Source of the DNA: a bacterium
Lineage (GTDB): Bacteria; Acidobacteriota; Blastocatellia; HR10
Assembly (NCBI GenBank): GCA_041640655.1
Contig: JBEPZV010000003.1
Location: 64,001 to 128,000, forward strand
Direction of reading: 5' to 3'
DNA: 64,000 bases
Positions 8,363 through 17,574 of this stretch are shown piece after piece. The notes below the pieces were generated by a model. That model worked only from the letters and a program-made list of their open reading frames with translations, did no database searches and had not been told where the DNA came from. Position 1 is the first letter of the stretch. Every line of letters begins with the position of its first letter. The position numbers and the translations under genes were made by a program.

Positions 8363-10843
8363 ATGATGCTGAACAACCGAAGCACGCGTCTCTGGGGTCG
8401 AGCCCTCTCTTTGATGGTGTCGCTCTCGGTGCTTTTGACCCTTTGGCTCATTGGAGTGGCGCGCGGGCAGACGCAAGAGACATACAAGAAGCCTCCCCGG
8501 GAGATTCTGGAAGTGCTTCATGCGCCGATCACGCCGCAAGTCTCCGTCAGTCCGACGCGCGATTTCCTAATGTTGATTGAAGGCGTGCGGTACCCACCGA
8601 TTGCCGAGCTGGCGCAGCCGATGTTGCGTCTGGCCGGTCTTCGGATCAATCCGAAGACGAATGGGCCGCATCGTGATCCGTACATCGTCTCGCTGGTGCT
8701 CGTGCGAATCGCCGATGGAGCGGAGACCAAAGTCGTGCTTCCGGAAGGGGCGCGTCCGGGCATCCCGCGTTGGAGTCCTGATGGACGACACTTCGCATTC
8801 TTGAATACGCTGGAGAACGGAATCGAATTGTGGGTGGGGGAGACGGCGACGGGGCGGATTCGTCGTCTCGTGGAGGCGAAGATCAATGCGGCGTATGGCG
8901 AACCGTTCCAGTGGATGCCGGATGCGCGCACGGTACTTGTTCAGCTCATCCCGGAGGGACGCGGACGGCCTCCGGAGCCTCCGACGGTTCCCGTCGGACC
9001 CACGGTCCAGGAGGGATCGGGTCGTCCCACGCCCGTTCGCACGTATCAGGACCTGCTGCGCACGCCGCATGATGAGGCGCTCTTCGAGTACTACGCTCGG
9101 GCGCAGCTCGCTCTTGTGGACATCGCCGATGGCCGCCTGACGCGCATTGGGTCGTCGGACATCTTCCAGACGGTTGAACCCTCTCCGGACGGCCGATATC
9201 TGCTGGTCGCCCGCGTGCATCGGCCATATTCCTACTTGGTGCCGCACACGGCTTTCCCGAAGGAGGTCGAAGTTTGGGATCGCTCTGGGCGCTTGGTCTA
9301 TAAGCTGGCGAGCTTGCCTTTGCAGGAGCATGTTCCGATCGAGGGGGTGCCCACTGGTCCTCGCGAATATGCCTGGCGGCCGACCGAACCGGCGACGCTC
9401 GTATGGGTCGAAGCTCTGGATGAGGGTGATCCGCGCAAGCGCGTCCCCTATCGCGATCGCCTGATGATGCTCAAGGCGCCGTTCACGGATGCGCCGATCG
9501 AGGTGTTGAAGCTCGAGCATCGGTTCGCGGGCCTTCAGTGGGGAGAGCGCGGAGGATGGGCCTTCGTGCGCGATTACGATCGCAATCGGCGGTGGCGGCG
9601 CACGTTCTTGATCTATCCCGATGATCGGACCATCGCGCCGCGTCTGGTCTGGAGTCTCAACGTGCAAGATCGCTACAACGATCCGGGCACACCCGTCCTG
9701 CGCCTCCTGCCCAATGGACAGCGCGTGATTCAGCAGCACGGGGAGTGGATCTTCCTCATCGGGGCTGGCGCTTCGCCTGAAGGGGAGCGCCCCTTTCTGG
9801 ATCGCTTCAACGTGAGGACGTTGACGAGCGAGCGTCTCTTCCGGTGCGATGAGCGAAGCTATGAGACCATCATCGCGCTGCTTCGAGATGACGGCACGGA
9901 GGTGCTCACCCGTCGAGAGACGCCCACGGATCCTCCGAACTACTATGTCCGCACGCTGAGCGGGGGACAGGCGACGGCGCCACGCGCCCTCACGCGGTTC
10001 TCCGATCCCACGCCGCAACTGCGGAAGATCAGGAGGCAACTGGTCACCTATCAACGTGAGGATGGCGTGCAGCTCTCGTTCACCCTCTATCTGCCACCCG
10101 ATTACAAGGAGGGAACGCGCTTGCCGACAGTCGTGTGGGCGTATCCGATCGAGTTCACCGATCCGAGTGTCGCCAGCCAAGTCGCCGGTTCTCCCCACCG
10201 GTTCCTGACGATTCAAGGGCCTTCGCATCTCTTCTTCGTCCTGGCCGGATATGCCGTCCTGGACAATGTCGCCATGCCGGTGGTCGGTGATCCGGAGACG
10301 GTGAATAACACCTTCCTGGAGCAGATCGTCATGAACGCGCGCGCAGCCATTCGCAAAGCTGTGGAGATGGGCGTGACCGATCCTGATCGCGTGGGCGTCG
10401 CCGGCCATAGCTACGGCGCGTTCATGACGGCGAATCTTCTGGCGCATTCGGACCTCTTCCGCGCGGGCATCGCGCGCAGCGGGGCCTACAATCGCACGTT
10501 GACCCCATTCGGCTTCCAAAACGAGCGGCGCACACTGTGGGAAGCGCCCGATCTGTACATCACGGTCTCGCCGCTCATGGCCGCGCACAAGATCAATGAG
10601 CCGCTCCTGCTCATTCACGGCGAGGCGGACAATAATCCGGGGACGTTCCCGATCCAATCCGAGCGGATGTACCACGCCGTTCGAGGCAATGGCGGGACGG
10701 TTCGCCTGGTCATGCTCCCGCATGAGTCGCACGGCTACGTCGCGCGCGAGTCGGTCGAGCACACGCTCTACGAGATGCTCGCGTGGTTCGATAAGTATGT
10801 CAAAAACGCGCCCCCGAGGGAGCGCGTGGAGACCGGTCGGTGA
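8363..10843 (+). CDS. Secreted S9 family (prolyl oligopeptidase-like) peptidase
   Basis: Signal peptide, propeller region (WSPDG), GHSYG nucleophile motif, LLIHGEADNN, HESHGY. Confidence 0.93.
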   Translation: MMLNNRSTRLWGRALSLMVSLSVLLTLWLIGVARGQTQETYKKPPREILEVLHAPITPQVSVSPTRDFLMLIEGVRYPPIAELAQPMLRLAGLRINPKTNGPHRDPYIVSLVLVRIADGAETKVVLPEGARPGIPRWSPDGRHFAFLNTLENGIELWVGETATGRIRRLVEAKINAAYGEPFQWMPDARTVLVQLIPEGRGRPPEPPTVPVGPTVQEGSGRPTPVRTYQDLLRTPHDEALFEYYARAQLALVDIADGRLTRIGSSDIFQTVEPSPDGRYLLVARVHRPYSYLVPHTAFPKEVEVWDRSGRLVYKLASLPLQEHVPIEGVPTGPREYAWRPTEPATLVWVEALDEGDPRKRVPYRDRLMMLKAPFTDAPIEVLKLEHRFAGLQWGERGGWAFVRDYDRNRRWRRTFLIYPDDRTIAPRLVWSLNVQDRYNDPGTPVLRLLPNGQRVIQQHGEWIFLIGAGASPEGERPFLDRFNVRTLTSERLFRCDERSYETIIALLRDDGTEVLTRRETPTDPPNYYVRTLSGGQATAPRALTRFSDPTPQLRKIRRQLVTYQREDGVQLSFTLYLPPDYKEGTRLPTVVWAYPIEFTDPSVASQVAGSPHRFLTIQGPSHLFFVLAGYAVLDNVAMPVVGDPETVNNTFLEQIVMNARAAIRKAVEMGVTDPDRVGVAGHSYGAFMTANLLAHSDLFRAGIARSGAYNRTLTPFGFQNERRTLWEAPDLYITVSPLMAAHKINEPLLLIHGEADNNPGTFPIQSERMYHAVRGNGGTVRLVMLPHESHGYVARESVEHTLYEMLAWFDKYVKNAPPRERVETGR

Positions 10844-10870
10844 GCGCGCGCGGGCGCCGGGCCGTTTGTT

Positions 10871-11746
10871 TCACCCCCCTTCGGATCGGACGTCGGCCAG
10901 AAGGGGGCTGAGGCTCGCCTGCCGGTATTCGCGTGGCGTCAATCCGGTCCAGGCCTTGAAGGCCTTGGCGAAGTGGCTCTGACTCGCATAACCGACGCGT
11001 CGGCTGATCTCCAACATCGAGAGATCGGTCGTCACCAGCAAGCGCGCGGCCTGTTCCAGCCGCACGCTCGCTAAATAGGCGTGCGGGGTCATCCCGATCA
11101 GCCGCTTGAACAACCGCGCGAAGTGGAAGGCGCTCAAGAAAGCGGCGCGCGCCATGTCCGTGAGGCGCAGGTCTTCGTCGAAATGGGCGTGAATGAATTC
11201 GATCGCCCGGCGCAGCCGGCGGTCCACGAATCCGAAGCGCGAGAATTCCAGGTCGAGATTGCGCCGGACCAGGAGATGGTGGCGGAACAGGTGCACGAGG
11301 ATGTGCTCCACAAGCGCATCGAGGATCACTTCGTGTCCGATCCTTGGGTGGCGCAGCTCGTCTCGGGCGGAGGCGCAAAGGGCGACCAGATGTGGATCGG
11401 CGACCACGCGTTCGCGGAAGACGAACTCCTGACCGATGCGCGTCAGCCGAAGCCGCGTGGCCATATCGGCGACGAGCCCTGGATGCACGCGCAGCACGAC
11501 CATCTCCACCGGTCCACGCCGTGAGCGGAGAGTATGGCGCACGAGGGGGTCAAGTAGCGCCGTCATCCCCGGCGACACCTCGGCGATCTCGCCGGAGACG
11601 GAGAGGCGCGCGCTCCCCTGGAGCAAGCACCGGACGACGTGGCTCGTGGACGCAGCCGCGGCGATGGCGAGCGCATCGCGCTTGATATAGTGCAGCTCAT
11701 ACCGAGGCGTCGCGCGGACGCGCACGTCTTCGGAATCTCGACTCAT
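10871..11746 (-). CDS. AraC family transcriptional regulator
   Basis: C-terminal LSAFHFARLFK, RLEQAARLL, VGYASQSHFAKAFK, G.TP.EYR; start ATG 11746 after GGAGG. Confidence 0.92.
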   Translation of the reverse strand: MSRDSEDVRVRATPRYELHYIKRDALAIAAAASTSHVVRCLLQGSARLSVSGEIAEVSPGMTALLDPLVRHTLRSRRGPVEMVVLRVHPGLVADMATRLRLTRIGQEFVFRERVVADPHLVALCASARDELRHPRIGHEVILDALVEHILVHLFRHHLLVRRNLDLEFSRFGFVDRRLRRAIEFIHAHFDEDLRLTDMARAAFLSAFHFARLFKRLIGMTPHAYLASVRLEQAARLLVTTDLSMLEISRRVGYASQSHFAKAFKAWTGLTPREYRQASLSPLLADVRSEGG

Positions 11747-11790
11747 GTCGGCCTCCGACGAGCGTTCGCCGGGTGGCAGAATGATGGACG

Positions 11791-12180
11791 TCACGGCGCG
11801 TCGCTTGTGCGAATTCGATCGGCCGCGATCGCGCGCAAAAGCTCCGTGAGCTGCGTGACGAAGACCGAGCGCGGCAAGACGAGGTCGCATCCGACCTGCT
11901 GGGCCTGAGCTCGCACGTCTTCCCGCACATGGGAGAAGTAGCCGATCGTCCGAATCCCGCGCAGCGCCGCATCGGCCTTCAGAGCGGCGATCGCGCGCAG
12001 CGGCTCCTGGCGCTCCTGTCCGAGATCGAAGATGATCGCCACAGGCGGCTGCTGGCGGGCGTGTTGGAGGAGGTCCTCCACTGTCGTCACGCGCCGACAG
12101 GTGAGCCCCACCGCTTCGGCCGCCGCCCGAATACGAGCGAGGAACGCGAGATCGGTGAGCAGAAGGAGCACATCAGCCAT
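11791..12180 (-). CDS. Single-domain response-regulator receiver-like protein
   Basis: CheY-like pattern (LLLLTD, PVAIIFDL, TIGYFSH, AQQVGCDLVLPR); the conserved Lys-Pro is not canonical. Confidence 0.7.
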   Translation of the reverse strand: MADVLLLLTDLAFLARIRAAAEAVGLTCRRVTTVEDLLQHARQQPPVAIIFDLGQERQEPLRAIAALKADAALRGIRTIGYFSHVREDVRAQAQQVGCDLVLPRSVFVTQLTELLRAIAADRIRTSDAP

Positions 12181-12195
12181 AGCTCGGCCTCCTCA

Positions 12196-13032
12196 TCACC
12201 GCGCAGATCCCCTCCTCCGCGCGCGCGTCGCGTGAAGCCGCGCGACCTCCGAGAGCGTGCGCACGCCGCGCTCTTCAAGGTGATCGAGCAGACGGAGGAA
12301 GACCTGAGCCGTCGCCCACGCGTCCGCGCGCGCGCGATGCCATCGTTCCATCTCCACGCCCAAGTATCGGGCGACCGTCGGGAGCCGATGGTTCGGCAAC
12401 TCGGGGAACAGCCGACGGCTCACGGCGAGGGTGCAGAGGTGGGGATTGCCCAATCGCCGCGCGAACGCGCGCTGGAATTCGGCATTGAGGAAGGCGAGAT
12501 CAAACCGCACGTTGTGCGCGACGAGCACGCGCGGCCCAAGCACTACCGCCACCTCCTCGGCGATCTCCTCAAAACGCGGGGCGCGCGCCACCATCCCATC
12601 GGTGATCCCAGTGAGGCGAACGATGCCCGGGGGGAGCGCGCGCTCCGGATTCACGAGCGTCGTGAACTCCTCCACGATGCGCATGCGCCCATCGGAGCGC
12701 GCCAGGCGAACGGCCGCCACTTCGATCACGCGATCCGCGGACGGGCGCATCCCCGTCGTCTCGACATCCACGATCACGTACTCGTTCTCTTCAAGCGGTC
12801 GAAGCGCGCGTTCATCCGGCCGCAGTTCCACCACATCATCGTCTCGAAGGATCAGGTGCGGGTCATGGGGAAAGAGGCGATAGAACAATTCGCGCAGGAC
12901 GGCCACCGGTACCTGCCGAAAGCCGAAGACTTCGCGTCCGAGCGTCGCGAGTGAGACCGCGCGACCATGCGCTTCCAGAAGAGCGACGATTCGATGGCGA
13001 ATCGCCACATCATTCAACCACTGGGCTGCCAT
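12196..13032 (-). CDS. DEDDh 3'-5' exonuclease (DNA pol III epsilon-like) with N-terminal extension
   Basis: VDVETTG, VAHNVRFD, HRARADA motifs. Confidence 0.9.
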   Translation of the reverse strand: MAAQWLNDVAIRHRIVALLEAHGRAVSLATLGREVFGFRQVPVAVLRELFYRLFPHDPHLILRDDDVVELRPDERALRPLEENEYVIVDVETTGMRPSADRVIEVAAVRLARSDGRMRIVEEFTTLVNPERALPPGIVRLTGITDGMVARAPRFEEIAEEVAVVLGPRVLVAHNVRFDLAFLNAEFQRAFARRLGNPHLCTLAVSRRLFPELPNHRLPTVARYLGVEMERWHRARADAWATAQVFLRLLDHLEERGVRTLSEVARLHATRARRRGSAR

Positions 13033-13166
13033 AGCGAGGGTGAGTGTAGCACATCAGCGCGCGACTCGGCAGCCCCGATGAGCGAAGGGAGCGGCTTGAG
13101 CCGGTGATCTCCGCGATGCTATGCTTAAGCGCACGTGAACACCACATGTTGAGAGAGAGGGGGACG

Positions 13167-14093
13167 ATGAGGGCGCTCGTGGAGGCGACAGCAGCTGCGC
13201 TCGTCTGGCTCGTTCTCATTCCGCCGGCTTCGGCTCAACAGTGGGAGCTTCGGCGATTGGGCTTCACGCAGAACTTCAACGCCATCCACTTCCCGACGAA
13301 AGAGCATGGTTGGATCGTCGGCGATGGCGGCTTGATCCTGCACACTCCGGATCGCGGGGTGAGCTGGCAGGTCCAGACCTCCAGCGTGCGCACGAACCTG
13401 AACGACGTCTTCTTCATCAATCGGCGACGCGGGTGGATCGTCGGCGATGGCGGCGTGATCCTCATGACGACCGATGGAGGCCAGCGATGGGCCTCCGTGG
13501 CGAGCGTCGTCGAGGAGGACCTCTACAGCGTCTGGTTTCACAACGAAAAGCGCGGATGGATCGTGGGGGCTGATGGGGTCATCCTCTTCACCGATGACGG
13601 CGGGCGCAGTTGGGTGCGTCAGATCAGCGGGACGGACGAATACCTCTACCATCTGCACTTCAAGACGGAGAATCTCGGGTGGATCGTCGGCTCCCGCGGG
13701 ACGATCCTCCACACGGAGAACGGCGGGCGGAATTGGACGAAGCAATCCAGCGGGACGCAGAACGATCTCTTCCGCGTCTACTTTCGCGATAAGAAGCGGG
13801 GATGGATCACGGGCTCGCGGGGATTGATCCTGCACACCACCGATGGGGGGAAGACGTGGGTGCCTCTGCCGAGCGGCGTCGAGCAGATCCTGCTGGGCGT
13901 GACCTTCCGGAAGAAGGAGGGGTGGATCGTCGGGTGGGAGGGAACGATTCTGCATTCTCCCGATGAGGGGAGGACGTGGCGGCGGGTGCCCGCGCCGACG
14001 CGGGAGCGCATCTATGCCATCGTCATACGCGACGATCGGGAGGGGTTCGCCATCGGCCGGAATGGACTGATGCTCGTGTATCGTCGCCCCTGA
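13167..14093 (+). CDS. Secreted YCF48-like/BNR-repeat beta-propeller protein
   Basis: Signal peptide plus about 7 repeats of GWIVG..G.IL.T.DGG..W. Confidence 0.88.
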   Translation: MRALVEATAAALVWLVLIPPASAQQWELRRLGFTQNFNAIHFPTKEHGWIVGDGGLILHTPDRGVSWQVQTSSVRTNLNDVFFINRRRGWIVGDGGVILMTTDGGQRWASVASVVEEDLYSVWFHNEKRGWIVGADGVILFTDDGGRSWVRQISGTDEYLYHLHFKTENLGWIVGSRGTILHTENGGRNWTKQSSGTQNDLFRVYFRDKKRGWITGSRGLILHTTDGGKTWVPLPSGVEQILLGVTFRKKEGWIVGWEGTILHSPDEGRTWRRVPAPTRERIYAIVIRDDREGFAIGRNGLMLVYRRP

Positions 14094-14096
14094 GGA

Positions 14097-14609
14097 TCAG
14101 ATGTCCAGGTACACCTCGCCCATCCACAGCCCGTCTCTCCTCTCGACCTTCAGCTGATGCAGCGTCGCCGCCTTGACGTAAATCCGTCCCTCGTGCCGCG
14201 AGGGATCGAACGGTTCTCCCGTGAGACGAATGCGCGCGCGCTCAGGCGAGAGCTCGAGGATGGTGACATCACCGAACGCGAGCTTCTCGGCGTCGAAGAG
14301 GTAGAGGACCTCATTGAAGAGGTCCACGAGCAGATACTCGTACCCTTCCGCGTGAACTTCGACTTCGCGCGCAAGGCGCGGCGCGATCGTCGCGGGATCG
14401 TACATCAGGTGAAAGAGCGCGCGCACCGCATGCTCGAACATCTCCTCCGGGGTTCGACCCCAGGCGCGCACCCCGATGTCGGCCGTATGGTCGAGGATCT
14501 CAAATCCGGCAGTCACTTGGGGCCTCTCCGTTCGCCGTTCATCCCGGTGATCTCTCGTGCGAGCCGCGTGGCGGGAGGCATCGGGGATGGGATGGGTCAC
14601 CCCGCTCAT
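14097..14609 (-). CDS. Archease
   Basis: FEILDHTADIGV, VKAATLH and terminal LDI are archease signatures; ATG overlaps the nrnA stop. Confidence 0.92.
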   Translation of the reverse strand: MSGVTHPIPDASRHAARTRDHRDERRTERPQVTAGFEILDHTADIGVRAWGRTPEEMFEHAVRALFHLMYDPATIAPRLAREVEVHAEGYEYLLVDLFNEVLYLFDAEKLAFGDVTILELSPERARIRLTGEPFDPSRHEGRIYVKAATLHQLKVERRDGLWMGEVYLDI

Positions 14610-15565
14610 ACGGAGACGATCGAGAGCGCTTCTTGCAGCTTGCGAATGACGCGTCGTTCGACTTCCGGCAACGGCCCTTCGATCGCGCAACCGGAGGCGT
14701 TCCGGTGCCCACCGCCGCCGAATGCGCTCGCGATCTTCGAGACATTGATCGCGCCCTTCGAGCGCAGGGAGGTTCGGTAAATACCCGGCGCGATCTCTTT
14801 GAAGAAGGCGACGACCTCGACCCCTTCGATCGAGAGCGGATAGTTCACAATGCCCTCGCTGTCCTCCTCGCTGGCGCCCGCTTGCCGAAGCATCTCCTGC
14901 GTCATCACCATCCAGGCGATCCGCCCGCTCTCGTCGCAGCGGAGCGTAGAGAGCACGAGCCCGGTGAGCTTCACCTTGCTGAAGGGGTGGTTGTAGAAGA
15001 GCGCGCGGGCGATCTCCGCCGGATTCGCCCCATGAGCGACCAGCTCCCGCGCGATCTTGAACGTGCGCTCGGTCGTGTTGGAGAACTGGAACGATCCCGT
15101 ATCGGCCAGGATGGCCGCGTAGACGCAGGAGGCGATCGCTGGCGTCACGCGCACGCCGAGCGCCTTGCACAAATTGTAGATCATCTCCCCGACGGCCGAC
15201 GCCGTCGAATCAATCCAGTTGATATGCCCGAACAGCTCCGTCGTCGCATGATGATCAATGTTCACGAGGAATTGCTTCTCCAGATCGAGCAACCCAGGCC
15301 GATCAATGTCGCTGCATTCGATGACGAAGACGGCATCGTAGAGTCGGTCCAGCCGCGTGATCTGCCGGATGCGCTCCGCTCCCGGCAGCTCTCGATAGGC
15401 GCGCGGGATCGGATCGCGCAGGCCGACGGTGACCTCCTTGCCCAGGCTCTCCAGAATGTGCATCAGGGCGAGCGAGGACCCCAGCCCATCCCCGTCCGGC
15501 CGCGCGTGTGAGGTGATGGCGAAACAGTGCCGCGATTCGATCAACTCCACGACCTGGCTGAGCAT
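14606..15565 (-). CDS. nrnA: DHH/DHHA1 phosphoesterase (bifunctional oligoribonuclease/PAP phosphatase)
   Basis: HARPDGDGLGS, NIDHH, DTGSF, SLRS, FGGGGHRNASG. Confidence 0.93.
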   Translation of the reverse strand: MLSQVVELIESRHCFAITSHARPDGDGLGSSLALMHILESLGKEVTVGLRDPIPRAYRELPGAERIRQITRLDRLYDAVFVIECSDIDRPGLLDLEKQFLVNIDHHATTELFGHINWIDSTASAVGEMIYNLCKALGVRVTPAIASCVYAAILADTGSFQFSNTTERTFKIARELVAHGANPAEIARALFYNHPFSKVKLTGLVLSTLRCDESGRIAWMVMTQEMLRQAGASEEDSEGIVNYPLSIEGVEVVAFFKEIAPGIYRTSLRSKGAINVSKIASAFGGGGHRNASGCAIEGPLPEVERRVIRKLQEALSIVSV

Positions 15566-15581
15566 ACAAGCGAAACATGCA

Positions 15582-15609
15582 ATTATATCGGCCTCCGCCC
15601 GCCCGTCAA
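15582..15609 (-). promoter_or_regulatory. Sigma70-type promoter of nrnA-archease
   Basis: Minus strand TTGACG-N16-TATAAT; the -10 ends 16 nt upstream of the nrnA ATG. Confidence 0.75.
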
Positions 15610-15865
15610 GCGCCCATCCTGGTTCACCCGAGCGCGGGGGCGTGAGCACGTGAGACCGGGCCTTCGGTTCGCCGCGTGGAAGTGAAGGCTTGTCGTCTTA
15701 GCGAGTGGGCGATGTCGCAGACCTTCTCCGGCCCACGTGGCCGGACGAGCGCTCCGTGAGAGGGGGCGCGCCGAAGTCTGCTGCGGTGGGCGATGGGGGA
15801 TTGTTCGCTCGCCCTAGTTGGGATATACTCCTGTCCGGCATCGACGTTGTCCGGGAGGTCTGGCG

Positions 15866-17527
15866 ATGAGACGATGGATCGGTGTACCCCTTGGCGTGTG
15901 GCTCATCGGCGGGGGGCTTGTCTTCGGCCTCCCGCAGGTGACTTCCGAACAGCCGCGAGGGCGCATCTCCGGGCGCGTCCTCTCGACCGAAGGCAAGCCG
16001 CTCCCGCGCACCATCGTGATTGCGCAAAAATGGGGAGGGGGTGCTGCATCTCTGGCGAAGACGGATCGAAGCGGGCGATACGCGATGGAGGTGGAGCCGG
16101 GGACGTATCTCATTCGAGCGGAGAAGAGGGGCTATGTGACTTCGGTGTACAACGTGGAGGGGCTCTCGCACGAACCGACGCCGGTGACGGTCGAAGCGGG
16201 GAAGAGCGTGGTGATAGACTTTCGGCTGCCGCGCGGCGGCGTCATCACCGGGCGCATTCTGGATGAAGACGGGGAGCCGCTGGTCGGCGCGCAGGTCCGG
16301 GTGGAGCGGAAATCTGAGGACTCGCGCAGCGCCGGGGCGTGGGGCGGTTCCTTTGAGGTGGCGACGACGGACGATCGCGGCATCTACCGCATTTACGGGT
16401 TGGCCTCGGGTCGCTATTACGTGAGCGCGCGAGTGTTCGAGACGCAGGTCGTTCGAGTCGCGTCTGGAGTCCCTTCCTTCATGTCTCAGGAGGGGGCGGT
16501 GACGTACTATCCGGGGGTCTCTTCCCGTCAGCAAGCCGTTGAGGTCGAAGTCGTCGAGGGGGCCGAGGTGACGGGAATAGACTTCAAGATCGCGCCTGAG
16601 AAGGAACGCGTGCTCATCTTCGGCGTCGTGCGAAAGCGGGAGACCGGAGAGCCCATACCTGGGGCCTTCGTCGTCGCGTATTCTGGCACGAGGCCGGCCA
16701 TTGATGCCCGAGCGACGACGGACGAACAGGGGCGGTATGAGCTGAAAGGGCTCGATCCCGGGACCTATCGGGTTCAGATCGCGCTGGGCATGCTTCTGGA
16801 AGAGTACGCGCAACCCATGCCTCAAGAGGTGACCGTCGAGAGCGAACCGGTCGAGGTGAATTTCGAACTGGAGCGAGCGGCGGAGATACAGGGACGCCTC
16901 CTCACCGAGGATGGGCGCGTGCCGGAGAACGTCACCCGTCTCATGCCGATGGTGCGGGCGAAGGGAGCGGAGCGGGTGGGGGGCGTGGCGATCATGCCTC
17001 GCGTGGATGCGCAAGGGAATTTCACGCTCAAGCGCGTGCCGAGCGGCACGTTCCTGCTCGACGTCGCGCTCTCGGATTCGCCCTACTTCGTGCGCGCCAT
17101 TCTTCATGAGGATCGGGATGTCACGCATGAGGGGATCGTCGTCCATCCCGGTGAGCGCGTGACCGACGTGACGATCATCCTCTCAGACGCGGGAGCGATC
17201 CTGCGAGGACGGGTCCTCGCGAGCGAAGGAGACGCTCCGTTGCCGAATGCGGTGGTTCAGGTGATCCCCGTGGACTTCGCCCGGCGCTTCGCCGAGAAGC
17301 GGACGTTGGACGCGCGTTCGATCGTCTCGGATCAGCAGGGAAGGTATGAGCTCAAGGGGATTCCGCCGGGGAAATATTACCTGCTCGTCATGGCGCGGCG
17401 TCCGACGTTCTCTCGGCCGGAAGAGTTCCTTGAATTCCTCACGGCGCGCGCGGCGCAGCTTCCCGTCCTCGACCTTCGGCCGCGAGAGACCCGACAGCTC
17501 GATGTGCGTCCGACCGTGAAGGAGTGA
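15866..17527 (+). CDS. Secreted protein with repeated carboxypeptidase-regulatory-like (Cna-B/transthyretin-like) domains
   Basis: Signal peptide; repeated G.I.GRV...G.P, TD..G.Y...GL.PG.Y units. Confidence 0.85.
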   Translation: MRRWIGVPLGVWLIGGGLVFGLPQVTSEQPRGRISGRVLSTEGKPLPRTIVIAQKWGGGAASLAKTDRSGRYAMEVEPGTYLIRAEKRGYVTSVYNVEGLSHEPTPVTVEAGKSVVIDFRLPRGGVITGRILDEDGEPLVGAQVRVERKSEDSRSAGAWGGSFEVATTDDRGIYRIYGLASGRYYVSARVFETQVVRVASGVPSFMSQEGAVTYYPGVSSRQQAVEVEVVEGAEVTGIDFKIAPEKERVLIFGVVRKRETGEPIPGAFVVAYSGTRPAIDARATTDEQGRYELKGLDPGTYRVQIALGMLLEEYAQPMPQEVTVESEPVEVNFELERAAEIQGRLLTEDGRVPENVTRLMPMVRAKGAERVGGVAIMPRVDAQGNFTLKRVPSGTFLLDVALSDSPYFVRAILHEDRDVTHEGIVVHPGERVTDVTIILSDAGAILRGRVLASEGDAPLPNAVVQVIPVDFARRFAEKRTLDARSIVSDQQGRYELKGIPPGKYYLLVMARRPTFSRPEEFLEFLTARAAQLPVLDLRPRETRQLDVRPTVKE

Positions 17528-17533
17528 GCGATC

Positions 17534-17563
17534 GAGGGCGCCTCTCGCGCGAGAGGCGCCCTC
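17534..17563. terminator. Perfect 30-bp palindrome between convergent genes (putative bidirectional terminator)
   Basis: GAGGGCGCCTCTCGC|GCGAGAGGCGCCCTC between stops at 17527 (+) and 17575 (-); no U-tract. Confidence 0.6.
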
Positions 17564-17574
17564 ATCGGTTCGCG

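Noticed and set aside
8567..10762. Long antisense ORFs (also 17524-19833, 20827-23019, 26662-29259, 35853-37568, 56422-57876, 59099-61021)
   Set aside because: They lie opposite well-supported genes, lack recognisable motifs, and are expected shadows in high-GC DNA with strong codon bias
13167..14093. Repeated DNA (tggatcgtcggcgatggcggc etc.) as a CRISPR or tandem array; YCF48 as evidence of photosynthesis
   Set aside because: The repeats are degenerate, in-frame propeller-blade repeats of a protein; YCF48-like propellers are common in non-phototrophs and no photosystem genes are present
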